Assembly: GCA_903860935.1 (NCBI GenBank)
Contig: CAIOSQ010000274.1
Span: 1 to 49,087 of the forward strand
Direction: 5' to 3'
Length of the DNA: 49,087 nt
Origin: an uncultured Rhodospirillales bacterium
Lineage (GTDB): Bacteria > Pseudomonadota > Alphaproteobacteria > CACIAM-22H2
The notes beneath the pieces are model-generated. The model was not told the DNA's origin. It saw only the letters and a list, made by a program, of their open reading frames with translations, and did not search any database. The translations under genes were made by a program, and so were the position numbers. Shown piece after piece: positions 27,078-36,790 of the stretch. How positions within the stretch are numbered: the first letter of the stretch is position 1; each line of letters starts with the position of its first letter.

Positions 27078-27975
27078 CGCGCTCGCGCCGCGCCTCGCGA
27101 TGGATGATGAACAGGCCTGAGGCGATGACGATCGCGCCGCCGATCGCCGCGTCACGGGTCGGCGTCTCGCTCCAGATCAGCCAGGCGAGCAGGGCCGTCA
27201 CGATCAGCGAGAAATACTCGAAGGGCATCACGATCGCGGGCGGGGCATATTGAAAGGCACGGGTGAGGGCGATCTGCGCCACCCCGCCGACCAGTCCCAG
27301 CGCCAGAAGAAGCGCGAGGTCGGCGAGCGTGTCCGGCGTGACCCAGACGAAGGGCAGGATCGGCAGCGTCGCCAGCGTCACCAAGGCCATGTAGACGAAC
27401 ACGATCGTCTCGCCCGGCTCGTCACGCGCGAGTTGTCGGATCGAGATCACCACCACCGCGTAGGCGAGCGCGCTGGACAGCGCCAGGGCGCCGCCGATCG
27501 CCGCCGCGTGCTGGGCTCCCGACAGCATGGCGCCGGGCTGGAGCATGACGATCACGCCGGCGAAGCCGGCCACCACGGCGAGCCAGCGGCGCCATCCGAC
27601 GGCCTCGCCCAGCAGCGGCACGGAGAGCGCGGTGACGAAGATCGGCGCGGCGAAGTTGATGGCCACCACGTCCGCCGCCGGCAGGTACTGGAACGCGGCG
27701 AAGCTGGTCGCCATCGCGAACATCCCGAAGCCGCCGCGCACGAGATGCCCCAGCGGTCGGTTTGGCCGCATGAGCGCGAGGCCGCGCGGATGGCGGTGCA
27801 TGAGCGCCAGCGCCGGGATCAGGGCGAGCGCGCAGCGGAAGAACATCAGCTGGACCAGCGAGAAGCGCGGCCCGAGCCATTTCACCGTCAGGAAGACGAG
27901 CGAGAACAGCACGACGCTGGACAGCATCGCCACGATGCCGCGCAGCACCCGGTCGGGAGCGCGTCCGGTCTGCAT
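27055..27975 (-). CDS. DMT/EamA family transporter
   Basis: About 10 TM in two repeats; FFRC, P.FVTALSVPLLGEAVG.RRW, PFEY motifs. Confidence 0.9.
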   Translation of the reverse strand: MQTGRAPDRVLRGIVAMLSSVVLFSLVFLTVKWLGPRFSLVQLMFFRCALALIPALALMHRHPRGLALMRPNRPLGHLVRGGFGMFAMATSFAAFQYLPAADVVAINFAAPIFVTALSVPLLGEAVGWRRWLAVVAGFAGVIVMLQPGAMLSGAQHAAAIGGALALSSALAYAVVVISIRQLARDEPGETIVFVYMALVTLATLPILPFVWVTPDTLADLALLLALGLVGGVAQIALTRAFQYAPPAIVMPFEYFSLIVTALLAWLIWSETPTRDAAIGGAIVIASGLFIIHREARRERVKPPSAP

Positions 27976-27979
27976 GCGC

Positions 27980-29017
27980 TCAGGCCCTCCGCCCGGCGCC
28001 GAGTTCGGTCAGCATCCGCAGCCGCGAGAGATTGGCGCGCAGACGCAGCACGAGGCTCTCCATGAGCGGCCGCGCGCCATCCAGGGCGCGGGCCAGCCGC
28101 GATTCCGTGTCGGCATCCTCGACGAGCGGTGCGAAGCGGGCGACGGCGTCGAGGAAATCCGTCTCCGCCTCCAGCCCATCCTCGTAGCTGCGGATCACGC
28201 GCCCGATGGCGCCGCGCTGCGCGTAGGGTAGATCCGCCGCCGCCCGCTTCAGGGCGGCGATCTTCGCCAGCGCCGCGGCCAGGGCCTCGCCGCGCTCTTC
28301 GGCCACGGCGACGATATCCGTGCGCGCGACGGGATCGAGCCGGCCGCGCCTCGCGAAGCCGTCGATGGCGCGCAGCACGATGGCGTTGCCGCGCCAGCGC
28401 GCCGCCTGCAACTCACGCTCCGGCAGCGGGTCGGAATCCGGCGTCAGGAGCCCGGCGACGAGATCGGCGAAGACCATGTCGGCGCGCACCTGGACGTCGA
28501 GCAGCTGGATCAGGGTCGCGCCCAGGGCGGCGGCGTCCGCGCGCGCGAGCGGCCCGAGCGCGATCGCGATCGTGGCGAGGCGCGGCAACCCGTCGGCGCA
28601 GGCCTCGAGCCCGGCGCGCATGCGCGCGACCTGTTCCTGAACGTCGGCCGCCAGGGCCAATTGCTCGTCGTCGCCGATGGCGAAAGGCGGAAGGCCGGCA
28701 AGGCCGTGACGTGTCTCCGCCGCAGCCTGGGCAAGGGCGGCGACCGTCGGCTCCACTGGCGGCGGCTCGACCCCGGCACCGGGCTGTCGCGCACGCACGA
28801 CCAGGGCGACGAAGGCGCCGGCCAACTGGCTGGCATCCAGCATGCGCTGCACCGCGTCGAGACGCGGCTGCATCCAGTCCTCGAAGGCAGCGGCCGCCGC
28901 CGCGTCGCGGGCGGGGGCCGCGCGGGCGGGTTCGTGGAGGACCGGCTGCTCCGCCGGCGCGCAGGCCATGAGTGCGGCGCCGATCGCGAGCGCGGCCAGG
29001 ACATGGGGAATGCGCAT
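27980..29017 (-). CDS. Hypothetical lipoprotein (Ala-rich, helical)
   Basis: MRIPHVLAALAIGAALMA|C lipobox; open frame fills the gap; stop lies 4 bp before the DMT start. Confidence 0.6.
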   Translation of the reverse strand: MRIPHVLAALAIGAALMACAPAEQPVLHEPARAAPARDAAAAAAFEDWMQPRLDAVQRMLDASQLAGAFVALVVRARQPGAGVEPPPVEPTVAALAQAAAETRHGLAGLPPFAIGDDEQLALAADVQEQVARMRAGLEACADGLPRLATIAIALGPLARADAAALGATLIQLLDVQVRADMVFADLVAGLLTPDSDPLPERELQAARWRGNAIVLRAIDGFARRGRLDPVARTDIVAVAEERGEALAAALAKIAALKRAAADLPYAQRGAIGRVIRSYEDGLEAETDFLDAVARFAPLVEDADTESRLARALDGARPLMESLVLRLRANLSRLRMLTELGAGRRA

Positions 29018-29155
29018 GCCCATCCATCCTAGCCGCAAACCGTTTCCTTCGGTGCATCCTTTCCCGGGCGTGCCTGATGCGTGGAGGTCGGTTGCGCGGG
29101 AGATTGCCCCGCGCCGTGGCGGGGCTGTAGCTTGCGGCCGACAAGGAGACCGGAC

Positions 29156-29407
29156 ATGGCCCAGCCCCCGACCGATGGCGACATCGCTGCGCTCAGCTTC
29201 GAGGACGCCCTCAAGGAACTCGAGGAGATCGTCCGCGCCCTCGAACAGGGGAAGGGGCGGCTCGAGGATGCGATCCGCAACTACGAGCGTGGCGCCGCGC
29301 TGAAGGCGCATTGCGAGCGCAAGCTCGCCGAGGCGGAGGCGCGGATCGAACAGATCACGCTCGGTGCGGGTGGCACCCCCGCCGCGCAGCCTGCCCGCTT
29401 CGAGTGA
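29156..29407 (+). CDS. xseB: Exodeoxyribonuclease VII small subunit
   Basis: LSFEDALKELEEIVRALEQG...LEDAI..YERG..LK.HC..KL..AE; AAGGAG RBS. Confidence 0.95.
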   Translation: MAQPPTDGDIAALSFEDALKELEEIVRALEQGKGRLEDAIRNYERGAALKAHCERKLAEAEARIEQITLGAGGTPAAQPARFE

Positions 29408-29417
29408 CCGAGCCGCG

Positions 29418-30308
29418 ATGACGCCCGATCTCGCGGATGCGCTGGCGAGCGATGCGGCCCGGGTGGAGGCCGCGCTCGATGGGCTGCTGACGCCGCCGGC
29501 GGGGCCGGAACGGCGCGTTTTCGAGGCGATGCGCTATGCGTGTCTGGCGGGCGGCAAGCGCTTGCGGCCCTTCCTGGTCCTCGAATCATGTCGGCTCTGC
29601 GACAGCGACGGCGAGGGCGCGCTGCGCATCGCGGCCGCGCTGGAGATGGTCCATTGCTATTCGCTGGTCCATGACGACCTGCCGGCGATGGACGACGACG
29701 ACATGCGCCGCGGTCGTCCGACGGTGCACAAGGCGTTCGACGAGGCGACCGCGATCCTCGCCGGCGACGGATTGCTGACCCGGGCCTTCGAGGTGCTCGC
29801 CGACCCGGCGACCCATCCCGATGGCGGGACGCGCGCGGCGCTCGTCCTTGCCCTCGCGCGCGCCGCGGGGCCCGACGGGATGGTCGGCGGGCAGATGATC
29901 GATCTCGCGGTCGAACATGTCGTCACCGGGATCGGCGAGATCACGCGCCTGCAGCGGCTCAAGACCGGGGCGCTCATCCAGTTCGCCTGCGAGGCCGGGG
30001 CGCTCGCCGCCCGCGCGCCCACGCCGCTTCACGACGCGCTGCGGTTCTACGCGCAGGATTTCGGGCTTGCCTTCCAGATGATCGACGACCTGCTCGACGT
30101 GGAGGGCAGCGCGGCGGCGATGGGCAAGGCCGTCGGCAAGGACGCCGCGCGCGGCAAGGCGACTTTCGTCTCGCTCCTTGGTGTCGATCGCGCCCGCGAC
30201 CAGGCGCATCGGCTCGCCGATCAGGCGGCGGCGCATCTCGCGCCGTTCGGGCGACGCGCTGGACGGCTGCGCGACCTCGCCGCCTGGGTCGTCAAGCGAA
30301 CATCCTGA
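29418..30308 (+). CDS. ispA: Farnesyl diphosphate synthase / polyprenyl synthetase
   Basis: GGKRLRP, HDDLPAMDDDDMRRG, GGQMID, KTGAL, FQMIDDLLD, GKDAARGK. Confidence 0.95.
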   Translation: MTPDLADALASDAARVEAALDGLLTPPAGPERRVFEAMRYACLAGGKRLRPFLVLESCRLCDSDGEGALRIAAALEMVHCYSLVHDDLPAMDDDDMRRGRPTVHKAFDEATAILAGDGLLTRAFEVLADPATHPDGGTRAALVLALARAAGPDGMVGGQMIDLAVEHVVTGIGEITRLQRLKTGALIQFACEAGALAARAPTPLHDALRFYAQDFGLAFQMIDDLLDVEGSAAAMGKAVGKDAARGKATFVSLLGVDRARDQAHRLADQAAAHLAPFGRRAGRLRDLAAWVVKRTS

Positions 30309-30329
30309 GCGCCGCCGACCCGGCGCCGT

Positions 30330-30443
30330 TTCGATTGCGCGCCTTCACCACCTGGCGCGCGATCGCCGGAGACGCGAATCACGCGTCAAAACAGATATCT
30401 AGAGCAAGATCCGCGCTTCTATCGGCGCGAATCTTGCTCTAGA
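30330..30443. repeat. Intergenic palindromic element (CTAGAGC...GCTCTAG type)
   Basis: Inverted repeat 30398-30416 / 30425-30443 (TCTAGAGCAAGATCCGCGC, 18 of 19 complementary), preceded by GCGTCAAAACAGATA and two smaller hairpins. Confidence 0.65.
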
Positions 30444-30454
30444 AGCGCGGCATC

Positions 30455-31861
30455 ATGGATGCCGTAGCCGCCCCCCGCGTCGCCGCGATACCGCCGCCGG
30501 AGGACCGCGCCTGGCGTCACGAGATCGCCGCTACGGGGCGCCTCGCGCTGCCGATCGTCGCCACCCAACTCGCCCAGGTCTCGATCATGACGGTCGATGT
30601 CCTGTTGCTCGGCTGGCTCGGGGCGGAGGCCCTGGCGGCCGGCGCGGTCGGCTGGAACCTGTTCTTCATGGTGATGGTCAGCGGCTTCGGCATCTGCATG
30701 GCGACGGCGCCGATGATGGCGCAGGCGATCGGGCGCGGTCGCGGCCATCTGCGCGACGTCCGGCGCAGCATGCGCCAGGGTTTCTGGGCCGCCGGCCTGG
30801 TCACGCTCCTGGGCATGCTTTTGCTGGCCCAGGCGGAGCCGATCTTGCACCTGCTACGCCAGGACCCGGAACTGATCGCCGCCGCATCCGACTATGTCGC
30901 GGTCCTGTCCTGGGGATTGCTGCCGGCGCTGTGGTTCATGGTGCTGCGCCAGTTCGTGGCCGTGCTCCAGCGTCCGCGCGCGGCGCTCGTGGTCCAGGTC
31001 GTCGCCTTCGCCGTCAACGCGGTCGGCAATTACGGGCTGATCTTCGGGCATTTCGGGATGCCGGCGTTGGGCATCGTCGGCTCCGGGCTTGCCAGCACGA
31101 TCGCCAACTGGCTGGCCTTTCTCGCCCTGCTGGGCTTCGTGCTGCTGGACCGCCGGATGCGCAGGTATCGCCTGTTAGGACGGTTCTGGCGCGCCGACTG
31201 GCAGAGGCTGCGCGAGTTGGTGCGGATCGGCCTTCCCGTCTCGGGCGTGCTTCTGCTCGAGGTGGCGGTATTCTCCGCCGCCGTCTACGTGCTCGGTGTC
31301 ATCGGCACCGCGCAGCTCGCCGCGCATCAGATCGCGATCCAGTGCGCGGCTGTCACCTTCATGGTGCCGTTCGGTCTCGCCCAGGCGGCGACGGTGCGGG
31401 TCGGGATCGCCGCCGGCGCGGGGGATCGCGAGGCGGTACGACGCGCCGGGTGGACCGCCTTCCTTCTCGGGCTCGCCTTCATGGGAACCATGGCGATCTC
31501 GCTGTGGCTGCTGCGCTGGCCGATCGTGGGGCTCTTCCTAGATCTCGCCGTGCCCGCGAACCTCGTCGTCGCGGCCTTCGCGGTCGAGTTCCTGGCGATC
31601 GCGGCGATCTTCCAGGTCTTCGACGGAGCGCAGACCATCGCGATGGGCGCGCTGCGCGGTCTCAAGGACACCCGCGTGCCCATGGCCATCGCCGCCTTCG
31701 GCTATTGGGGGCTCGGCTTCACCATCGGATGCGTCGCCGCGTTCCAGTTCGGCCTCGGTGGCGTCGGCGTCTGGATCGGCCTTGCGATCGGCCTTGCGGC
31801 GGTCGCGCTCCTGGCGACGGGACGTTTCGCGGCGCGCGAGCGGTTGGGGCTCCTGTCGTGA
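30455..31861 (+). CDS. MATE family efflux transporter (NorM-like)
   Basis: About 12 TM; LALPIV.TQLAQ...VD..LLG.LG...LAA, AAHQIA, VRVG, FQVFDGAQ....GALRGLKDTRVPM. Confidence 0.92.
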   Translation: MDAVAAPRVAAIPPPEDRAWRHEIAATGRLALPIVATQLAQVSIMTVDVLLLGWLGAEALAAGAVGWNLFFMVMVSGFGICMATAPMMAQAIGRGRGHLRDVRRSMRQGFWAAGLVTLLGMLLLAQAEPILHLLRQDPELIAAASDYVAVLSWGLLPALWFMVLRQFVAVLQRPRAALVVQVVAFAVNAVGNYGLIFGHFGMPALGIVGSGLASTIANWLAFLALLGFVLLDRRMRRYRLLGRFWRADWQRLRELVRIGLPVSGVLLLEVAVFSAAVYVLGVIGTAQLAAHQIAIQCAAVTFMVPFGLAQAATVRVGIAAGAGDREAVRRAGWTAFLLGLAFMGTMAISLWLLRWPIVGLFLDLAVPANLVVAAFAVEFLAIAAIFQVFDGAQTIAMGALRGLKDTRVPMAIAAFGYWGLGFTIGCVAAFQFGLGGVGVWIGLAIGLAAVALLATGRFAARERLGLLS

Positions 31862-32601
31862 GTGGCGCGGGACGGCAGCGCGCGGATGTCGCGCTCGTGG
31901 AGCGCGGGCTGGTCGAGAGCCGCGCGCGGGCCCAGGCCGTGATCCTCGCCGGGCTGGTGTTCAGCGGCGAGCGGCGGATCGACAAGGCCGGCGCACCGGT
32001 CGCCTCCGACCAGCCGCTCGAGTTGCGTGGCCGCGATCATCCCTGGGTCAGCCGCGGCGGGCTCAAGCTCGACCATGCGCTGCGCAGCTTCGCGATCGAC
32101 GCGACGGGCGCGGTCGCCATCGATGTCGGCGCCTCGACCGGCGGCTTCACCGACGTGCTGCTCGCCCGTGGCGCCGCGCGCGTCCATGCCGTCGATGTCG
32201 GCCATGGCCAGTTGGCCTGGAAGCTGCGCCAGGACGCCCGCGTCGTGGTCCACGAAAAGACGAACGCCCGGCATCTGGACCGCGCGCGCATTCCGGAACC
32301 GGTCGACATCGTCGTCTGCGACGCCAGCTTCATCGGGCTGGAAACGGTGCTGCCCGCGGCGCTCGCCCTGGCGCGGCCCGGCGCGTGGCTGGTCGCGCTG
32401 ATCAAGCCGCAATTCGAGGTCGGCGCCGCGCGTGTCGGCAAGGGCGGGGTCGTGCGCGATCCGGCCCTGCACGAGGAGGTCTGCGCGCGCATCGCCGCAT
32501 GGCTGCCCACGCAGGGTTGGCAGGTTGCGGGCCTTGCCGAGAGCCCTATCCTGGGTCCTGAAGGCAACAAGGAGTTCCTGATCGCGGCACGCAAGGACTG
32601 A
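31858..32601 (+). CDS. tlyA: TlyA family rRNA 2'-O-methyltransferase
   Basis: S4-like N-terminus, VSRGGLKL, DVGASTGGFTD, DASFI, LIKPQFE, SPILGPEGNKEFL; GTG start overlaps the MATE stop. Confidence 0.95.
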   Translation: MSGAGRQRADVALVERGLVESRARAQAVILAGLVFSGERRIDKAGAPVASDQPLELRGRDHPWVSRGGLKLDHALRSFAIDATGAVAIDVGASTGGFTDVLLARGAARVHAVDVGHGQLAWKLRQDARVVVHEKTNARHLDRARIPEPVDIVVCDASFIGLETVLPAALALARPGAWLVALIKPQFEVGAARVGKGGVVRDPALHEEVCARIAAWLPTQGWQVAGLAESPILGPEGNKEFLIAARKD

Positions 32602-32634
32602 CCGGTCCCGCGCGACGACGATCGCATCGCCCCC

Positions 32635-34176
32635 ATGGACAAGCCCGATCCCTCCGCGTCTCCCGCGCCCGGCCTCGCGCCGCGCGACGTCTCGCTCGTC
32701 ATCGTCGGCGCGATGATCGCGATCTTCCTGGCGGCGCTGGACCAGACGATCGTCGCCACCGCGTTGCCGTCGATCGCCCGGGATCTCGGCGATGTCGCGT
32801 TGCTGTCCTGGGTGGTCACCGCCTACATGGTGACGTCGATCTGCGCGACCGCGGTCGCGGGCAAGCTCAGCGACGTCCATGGCCGCCGCCGCCTGATGCT
32901 CGCGGCGCTCGCGATCTTCGTCCTCGCCTCGGTGTTCTGCGCCCTGGCCGAGAGCATGCCGGCGCTGATCGCCGCGCGCGCGCTCAAGGGTGTCGGCGGC
33001 GGCGCGCTGGTCACGCTGGCGCAGACCATCGTCGCGGACGTCGTCAGCCCGCGCGAGCGCGGCCGCTACGCGGCGCATTTCTCGGGCATGTGGGCGATCG
33101 CCTCGCTGCTCGGCCCGACGATCGGCGGCGCGCTGACCCAATATGTCGGCTGGCACTGGATCTTCTGGATCAACCTGCCGCTCGGCCTGGTCGCGCTGGT
33201 CGCGGTCGACAGCGTGCTGCGCAAGCTGCCGGTGCGCGCGGCGCCCGGCCGGATCGACGCGCCGAGCATGGCGTTGCTGCCGCTTGCGACGACGGCGATG
33301 CTCTTCGCCCTGTCCTGGGGCGGCGTGCGCCATCCCTGGCTGTCGCTGCCTGTGCTGGGCGCGGCCTCGCTCGCGCTGATCGCCGGCTGGATGTTCTGGC
33401 GCCGGCAGCACGGGCTCGACGAGCCTGTCTTCGCGCCCGGCTTCCTCGCCGATCCCGTGGTCGGCCGTGTGCTGCCGGCGATGTTCTTCGGCTTCGGCGC
33501 CTATCTCGCGCTGGCCATCACCCTGCCGGTCTTCCTGCAGGTCGTGCTGCGCCAGTCGCCCGGGGATGCGGGGCTGTTGATGATTCCGCTCACCTTCTCG
33601 ACGACCATCACCGCCTACTGGTCAGGACGTTTCCTGCGCAGGACCGGGAATTACCGCCGTCCGCCGCTGCTCGGCTTCCCTTTGGCTGCCGCCTCGGCGC
33701 TGATCTTCGCGGTCTTCGTCGACCATGCGACGCCGTGGTCGACGGCGCTCCTGATGCTGGGGATCGGGCTCGGCATCGGCCCGATCTTCCCGACCGCGAT
33801 CGTGGCGGCGCAGAACGCGGTGGCGCCGCGCGACATCGGTGCCGTCACCGGGGCGGTGGGCTATGCGCGCTCGCTCGGCGGCGCGGTCGGCGCGGCCGCG
33901 GCCACGGCGCTGGTGCTGGCGCTCGTGCCGCGCGGCGGCGAGCTGCGCGGCCTCGACGATCTCGTGCGCGCACAGCTGGGAACGGCGGAGCGCGCGATGG
34001 TGGCCGGGGCCTATCGCTGGCTGTTCGTCGCGATCGCGATCATGATTTTCGTCGGCTGGGCGATGTACAGCCGGGTCGTGGCCCTGCCCCTGCGCACGCA
34101 GCCCGCGATGGGCGGCGGCCAAGGTCAGCCCGCGTCGGGAGCGTCGCCCTCCGGAGCCTCGCGCGACGGCCAATAG
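32635..34176 (+). CDS. MFS drug:H+ antiporter (DHA2, EmrB/QacA-like)
   Basis: FLAALDQTIVATALP, GKLSDVHGRR, GPTIGG, WHWIFWINLPLG. Confidence 0.92.
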   Translation: MDKPDPSASPAPGLAPRDVSLVIVGAMIAIFLAALDQTIVATALPSIARDLGDVALLSWVVTAYMVTSICATAVAGKLSDVHGRRRLMLAALAIFVLASVFCALAESMPALIAARALKGVGGGALVTLAQTIVADVVSPRERGRYAAHFSGMWAIASLLGPTIGGALTQYVGWHWIFWINLPLGLVALVAVDSVLRKLPVRAAPGRIDAPSMALLPLATTAMLFALSWGGVRHPWLSLPVLGAASLALIAGWMFWRRQHGLDEPVFAPGFLADPVVGRVLPAMFFGFGAYLALAITLPVFLQVVLRQSPGDAGLLMIPLTFSTTITAYWSGRFLRRTGNYRRPPLLGFPLAAASALIFAVFVDHATPWSTALLMLGIGLGIGPIFPTAIVAAQNAVAPRDIGAVTGAVGYARSLGGAVGAAAATALVLALVPRGGELRGLDDLVRAQLGTAERAMVAGAYRWLFVAIAIMIFVGWAMYSRVVALPLRTQPAMGGGQGQPASGASPSGASRDGQ

Positions 34177-34670
34177 GCTTCGATCGTCGGGATCATGTCC
34201 GTCGCGCGGTGGTCGAGGCCCTGCGCGATGATCGAGATGCCGAAGGGCATACCGGCCGCTTTGACCACCGGATCGCCGAGCATCCGCTTGCCCAGCCGGA
34301 TCCGCGCGAACACATCCGGGTCGATCTCGATGTCGAGCCGCCCGCCACCGATCAGGATCAGGCTGCGCGTGGCGCCGACGCGGGTGATCGCGTGCCACGG
34401 GATCGCCGTGTCGGTGGCCTGGGGCAGGGCCATCCCCTCGGGGCCGATCGCCACGACCGGCGTCGGGTCGAGAAAGCGCTGCAGGCATTGCCAGACATGG
34501 ACGCCGAGCAGCCCCGCCACCATCAGCGCGCCGATCCAGGGCGTCTCGGAATCGCCGACATTGGCGCGCACGTACCAGAGCGCGCCGAGCACGACCGCGA
34601 GGCCCATCGTGCCGTTCATCGCCGCGACGACGCGCGAATGGCGCACGACCAGACGAGGGGTGCCCGTCAT
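34125..34670 (-). CDS. Hypothetical membrane protein (2 TM plus small soluble domain)
   Basis: Starts 13 bp after the aroC stop; two hydrophobic segments, then P.V.I.PEG and IPW..I pattern. Confidence 0.6.
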   Translation of the reverse strand: MTGTPRLVVRHSRVVAAMNGTMGLAVVLGALWYVRANVGDSETPWIGALMVAGLLGVHVWQCLQRFLDPTPVVAIGPEGMALPQATDTAIPWHAITRVGATRSLILIGGGRLDIEIDPDVFARIRLGKRMLGDPVVKAAGMPFGISIIAQGLDHRATDMIPTIEAYWPSREAPEGDAPDAG

Positions 34671-34683
34671 CGCGGTGCCGGGC

Positions 34684-35754
34684 TCAGCCGCATTGCGCGC
34701 GATGGCGCAGCAGATGGTCCGCGAGCACGCAGGCCATCATCGCTTCGCCCACGGGTACCGCGCGGATGCCGACGCAGGGGTCATGACGGCCGATCGTGCG
34801 GATGTCGGTGTCGGAACCGTCGAGGTCGATCGTCCGCCGCGGCGACAGGATCGACGAGGTCGGCTTGACGGCGAAGCGCAGCACGATGTCCTGCCCGGTC
34901 GAGATGCCGCCCAGCAGGCCACCCGCGTTGTTCGCGAGGAATTCCGGGCCGTCGGGACCGGCGCGCATTTCGTCGGCATTCTCCTCGCCGGACAACTCCG
35001 CGGCACCGAAGCCGGCGCCGATTTCCACGCCCTTGACCGCGTTGATGCCCATCATCGCAGCCGCGAGATCGGCGTCGAGCTTGCCGTAGATCGGGGCGCC
35101 GAGGCCCGCGGGCACGCCGCTGGCGACGACCTCGATCACCGCGCCGACGGAAGATCCTGCCTTGCGCACCGCGTCGAGTTGGCCTTCCCAGGCTTGCGCC
35201 GCCTGGCGGTCGGGGCAGAAGAACGGGTTCTCGGCGACGGCCGACCAGTCCCAGCGGGCGCGGTCGATGCGGTGGCGGCCAAGCTGGATGAGCGCGCCGC
35301 GGATCTCGACCTGCGCCCCCAGCACGACGCGCGCCACCGCGCCGGCGGCGACGCGCATGGCGGTCTCGCGCGCCGAGGAGCGCCCACCGCCGCGATGATC
35401 GCGGATCCCGTATTTGCGCCAATAGGCATAGTCGGCATGGCCGGGTCGGAATTTCGCGGCGATCTCGCCGTAATCCTTGGACCGCGCGTCCTCGTTCTCG
35501 ATCTGCAGCGCGATCGGCGTGCCCGTGGTCAGGCCGTCGAGCACGCCCGACAGGATGCGGACCCGGTCGGGTTCGCGGCGCTGGGTCGTGAATCGCGACT
35601 GGCCGGGGCGGCGGCGGTCGAGGTCGCGCTGGATGTCGGCCTCGGTCAGGGCGAGGCGCGGCGGCGTGCCGTCCACGACGCAACCGATTGCAGGCCCATG
35701 GCTCTCGCCCCAGGTGGTGACGCGGAACAGGTGTCCGAAGCTGTTATGCGACAT
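34684..35754 (-). CDS. aroC: Chorismate synthase
   Basis: [56 protein letters not shown]. Confidence 0.98.
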   Translation of the reverse strand: MSHNSFGHLFRVTTWGESHGPAIGCVVDGTPPRLALTEADIQRDLDRRRPGQSRFTTQRREPDRVRILSGVLDGLTTGTPIALQIENEDARSKDYGEIAAKFRPGHADYAYWRKYGIRDHRGGGRSSARETAMRVAAGAVARVVLGAQVEIRGALIQLGRHRIDRARWDWSAVAENPFFCPDRQAAQAWEGQLDAVRKAGSSVGAVIEVVASGVPAGLGAPIYGKLDADLAAAMMGINAVKGVEIGAGFGAAELSGEENADEMRAGPDGPEFLANNAGGLLGGISTGQDIVLRFAVKPTSSILSPRRTIDLDGSDTDIRTIGRHDPCVGIRAVPVGEAMMACVLADHLLRHRAQCG

Positions 35755-35775
35755 CGTGCGGGCCCGGGACCGGCG

Positions 35776-36615
35776 TCATTTCTGCGGCTTGAAGCCCGCC
35801 AGCATCTCGGCCACCTCGGGCGCGGCGTCGACGGCCATCATGCCGACGACGTGGTAGCCGCAATCGACATGATGGGTTTCGCCGGTCACGCCGCGGCCGA
35901 GGTCGGACAACAGGTAGAGCCCGGCATTGCCGACTTCCTCCGTCGTCACGTTGCGGCGCAGCGGCGCGTTGAGCTCGTTCCATTTGAGGATATAGCGGAA
36001 ATCGCCGATGCCGGAGGCGGCGAGGGTCTTGATCGGTCCGGCCGAGATCGCGTTCACCCGGATTCCGCGGGGGCCAAGATCGGCGGCGAGATAGCGGACC
36101 GAGGCCTCGAGCGCCGCCTTGGCCACGCCCATCACGTTGTAATGCGGCATCACGCGCTCGGCCCCGTAGTAGCTGAGCGTCAGCAGGCTTCCGCCGGCGT
36201 TCATCAGCGGCGCGGCGCGGCGGCAGAGATCGGTGAAGGAGAAGCAGGAGATGTCGAGCGTGCGCAGGAAATTGGCGCGCGTCGTGTCGACATAGAGGCC
36301 CTTGAGTTCCTCCTTGTCGGAATAGGCGATGGCATGGACGACGAAATCCAGCCCGCCCCAATCCTGCTGCAGCGTCGCGAAGACGGCGTCGAGCGAGGCG
36401 GGATCGGTGACATCGGCGGCCAGGACATGCTTCACGCCCAACTCGGCGGCCAGCGGGCGCACGCGCTTTTCCAGCGCCTCGCCCTGGAAGGTGAAGGCCA
36501 GTTCGGCGCCCTGCGCGGCGCAGGCCTTGGCGATTCCCCAGGCGATGGAGCGGTCGTTCGCCACGCCCATGACAAGCCCGCGCTTGCCCGCCATCAGGGT
36601 TCCGGTGCTGGTCAT
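35776..36615 (-). CDS. fabI: Enoyl-ACP reductase FabI
   Basis: GVANDRSIAWGIA, YNVMGVAKAALE, VNAISAGPIKTLA, HVDCG. Confidence 0.97.
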   Translation of the reverse strand: MTSTGTLMAGKRGLVMGVANDRSIAWGIAKACAAQGAELAFTFQGEALEKRVRPLAAELGVKHVLAADVTDPASLDAVFATLQQDWGGLDFVVHAIAYSDKEELKGLYVDTTRANFLRTLDISCFSFTDLCRRAAPLMNAGGSLLTLSYYGAERVMPHYNVMGVAKAALEASVRYLAADLGPRGIRVNAISAGPIKTLAASGIGDFRYILKWNELNAPLRRNVTTEEVGNAGLYLLSDLGRGVTGETHHVDCGYHVVGMMAVDAAPEVAEMLAGFKPQK

Positions 36616-36666
36616 AAGTCCATGCTCCCGTTGATAAATCCGAATTTTCGAAGGGATTCGTCGGGC

Positions 36667-36694
36667 ATCCTACACGCAAACGCCGGACCGTCAA
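36667..36694 (-). promoter_or_regulatory. Candidate sigma70 promoter for fabI-aroC
   Basis: Minus strand TTGACG-N16-TAGGAT about 50 bp upstream of the fabI ATG. Confidence 0.45.
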
Positions 36695-36790
36695 CAACCA
36701 GCCGCCCCGCGCGGCGGCGGATTGCCGCAGGCCGGGATGACCTATCTTTGCTGGAGCAAGACCCGTCCATCCTCCAGGATCCGCTCCGCC

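Noticed and set aside
34125-34176. 52-bp convergent overlap of the MFS and hypothetical genes
   Set aside because: Low-complexity tails overlapping at 3' ends are common in GC-rich genomes.
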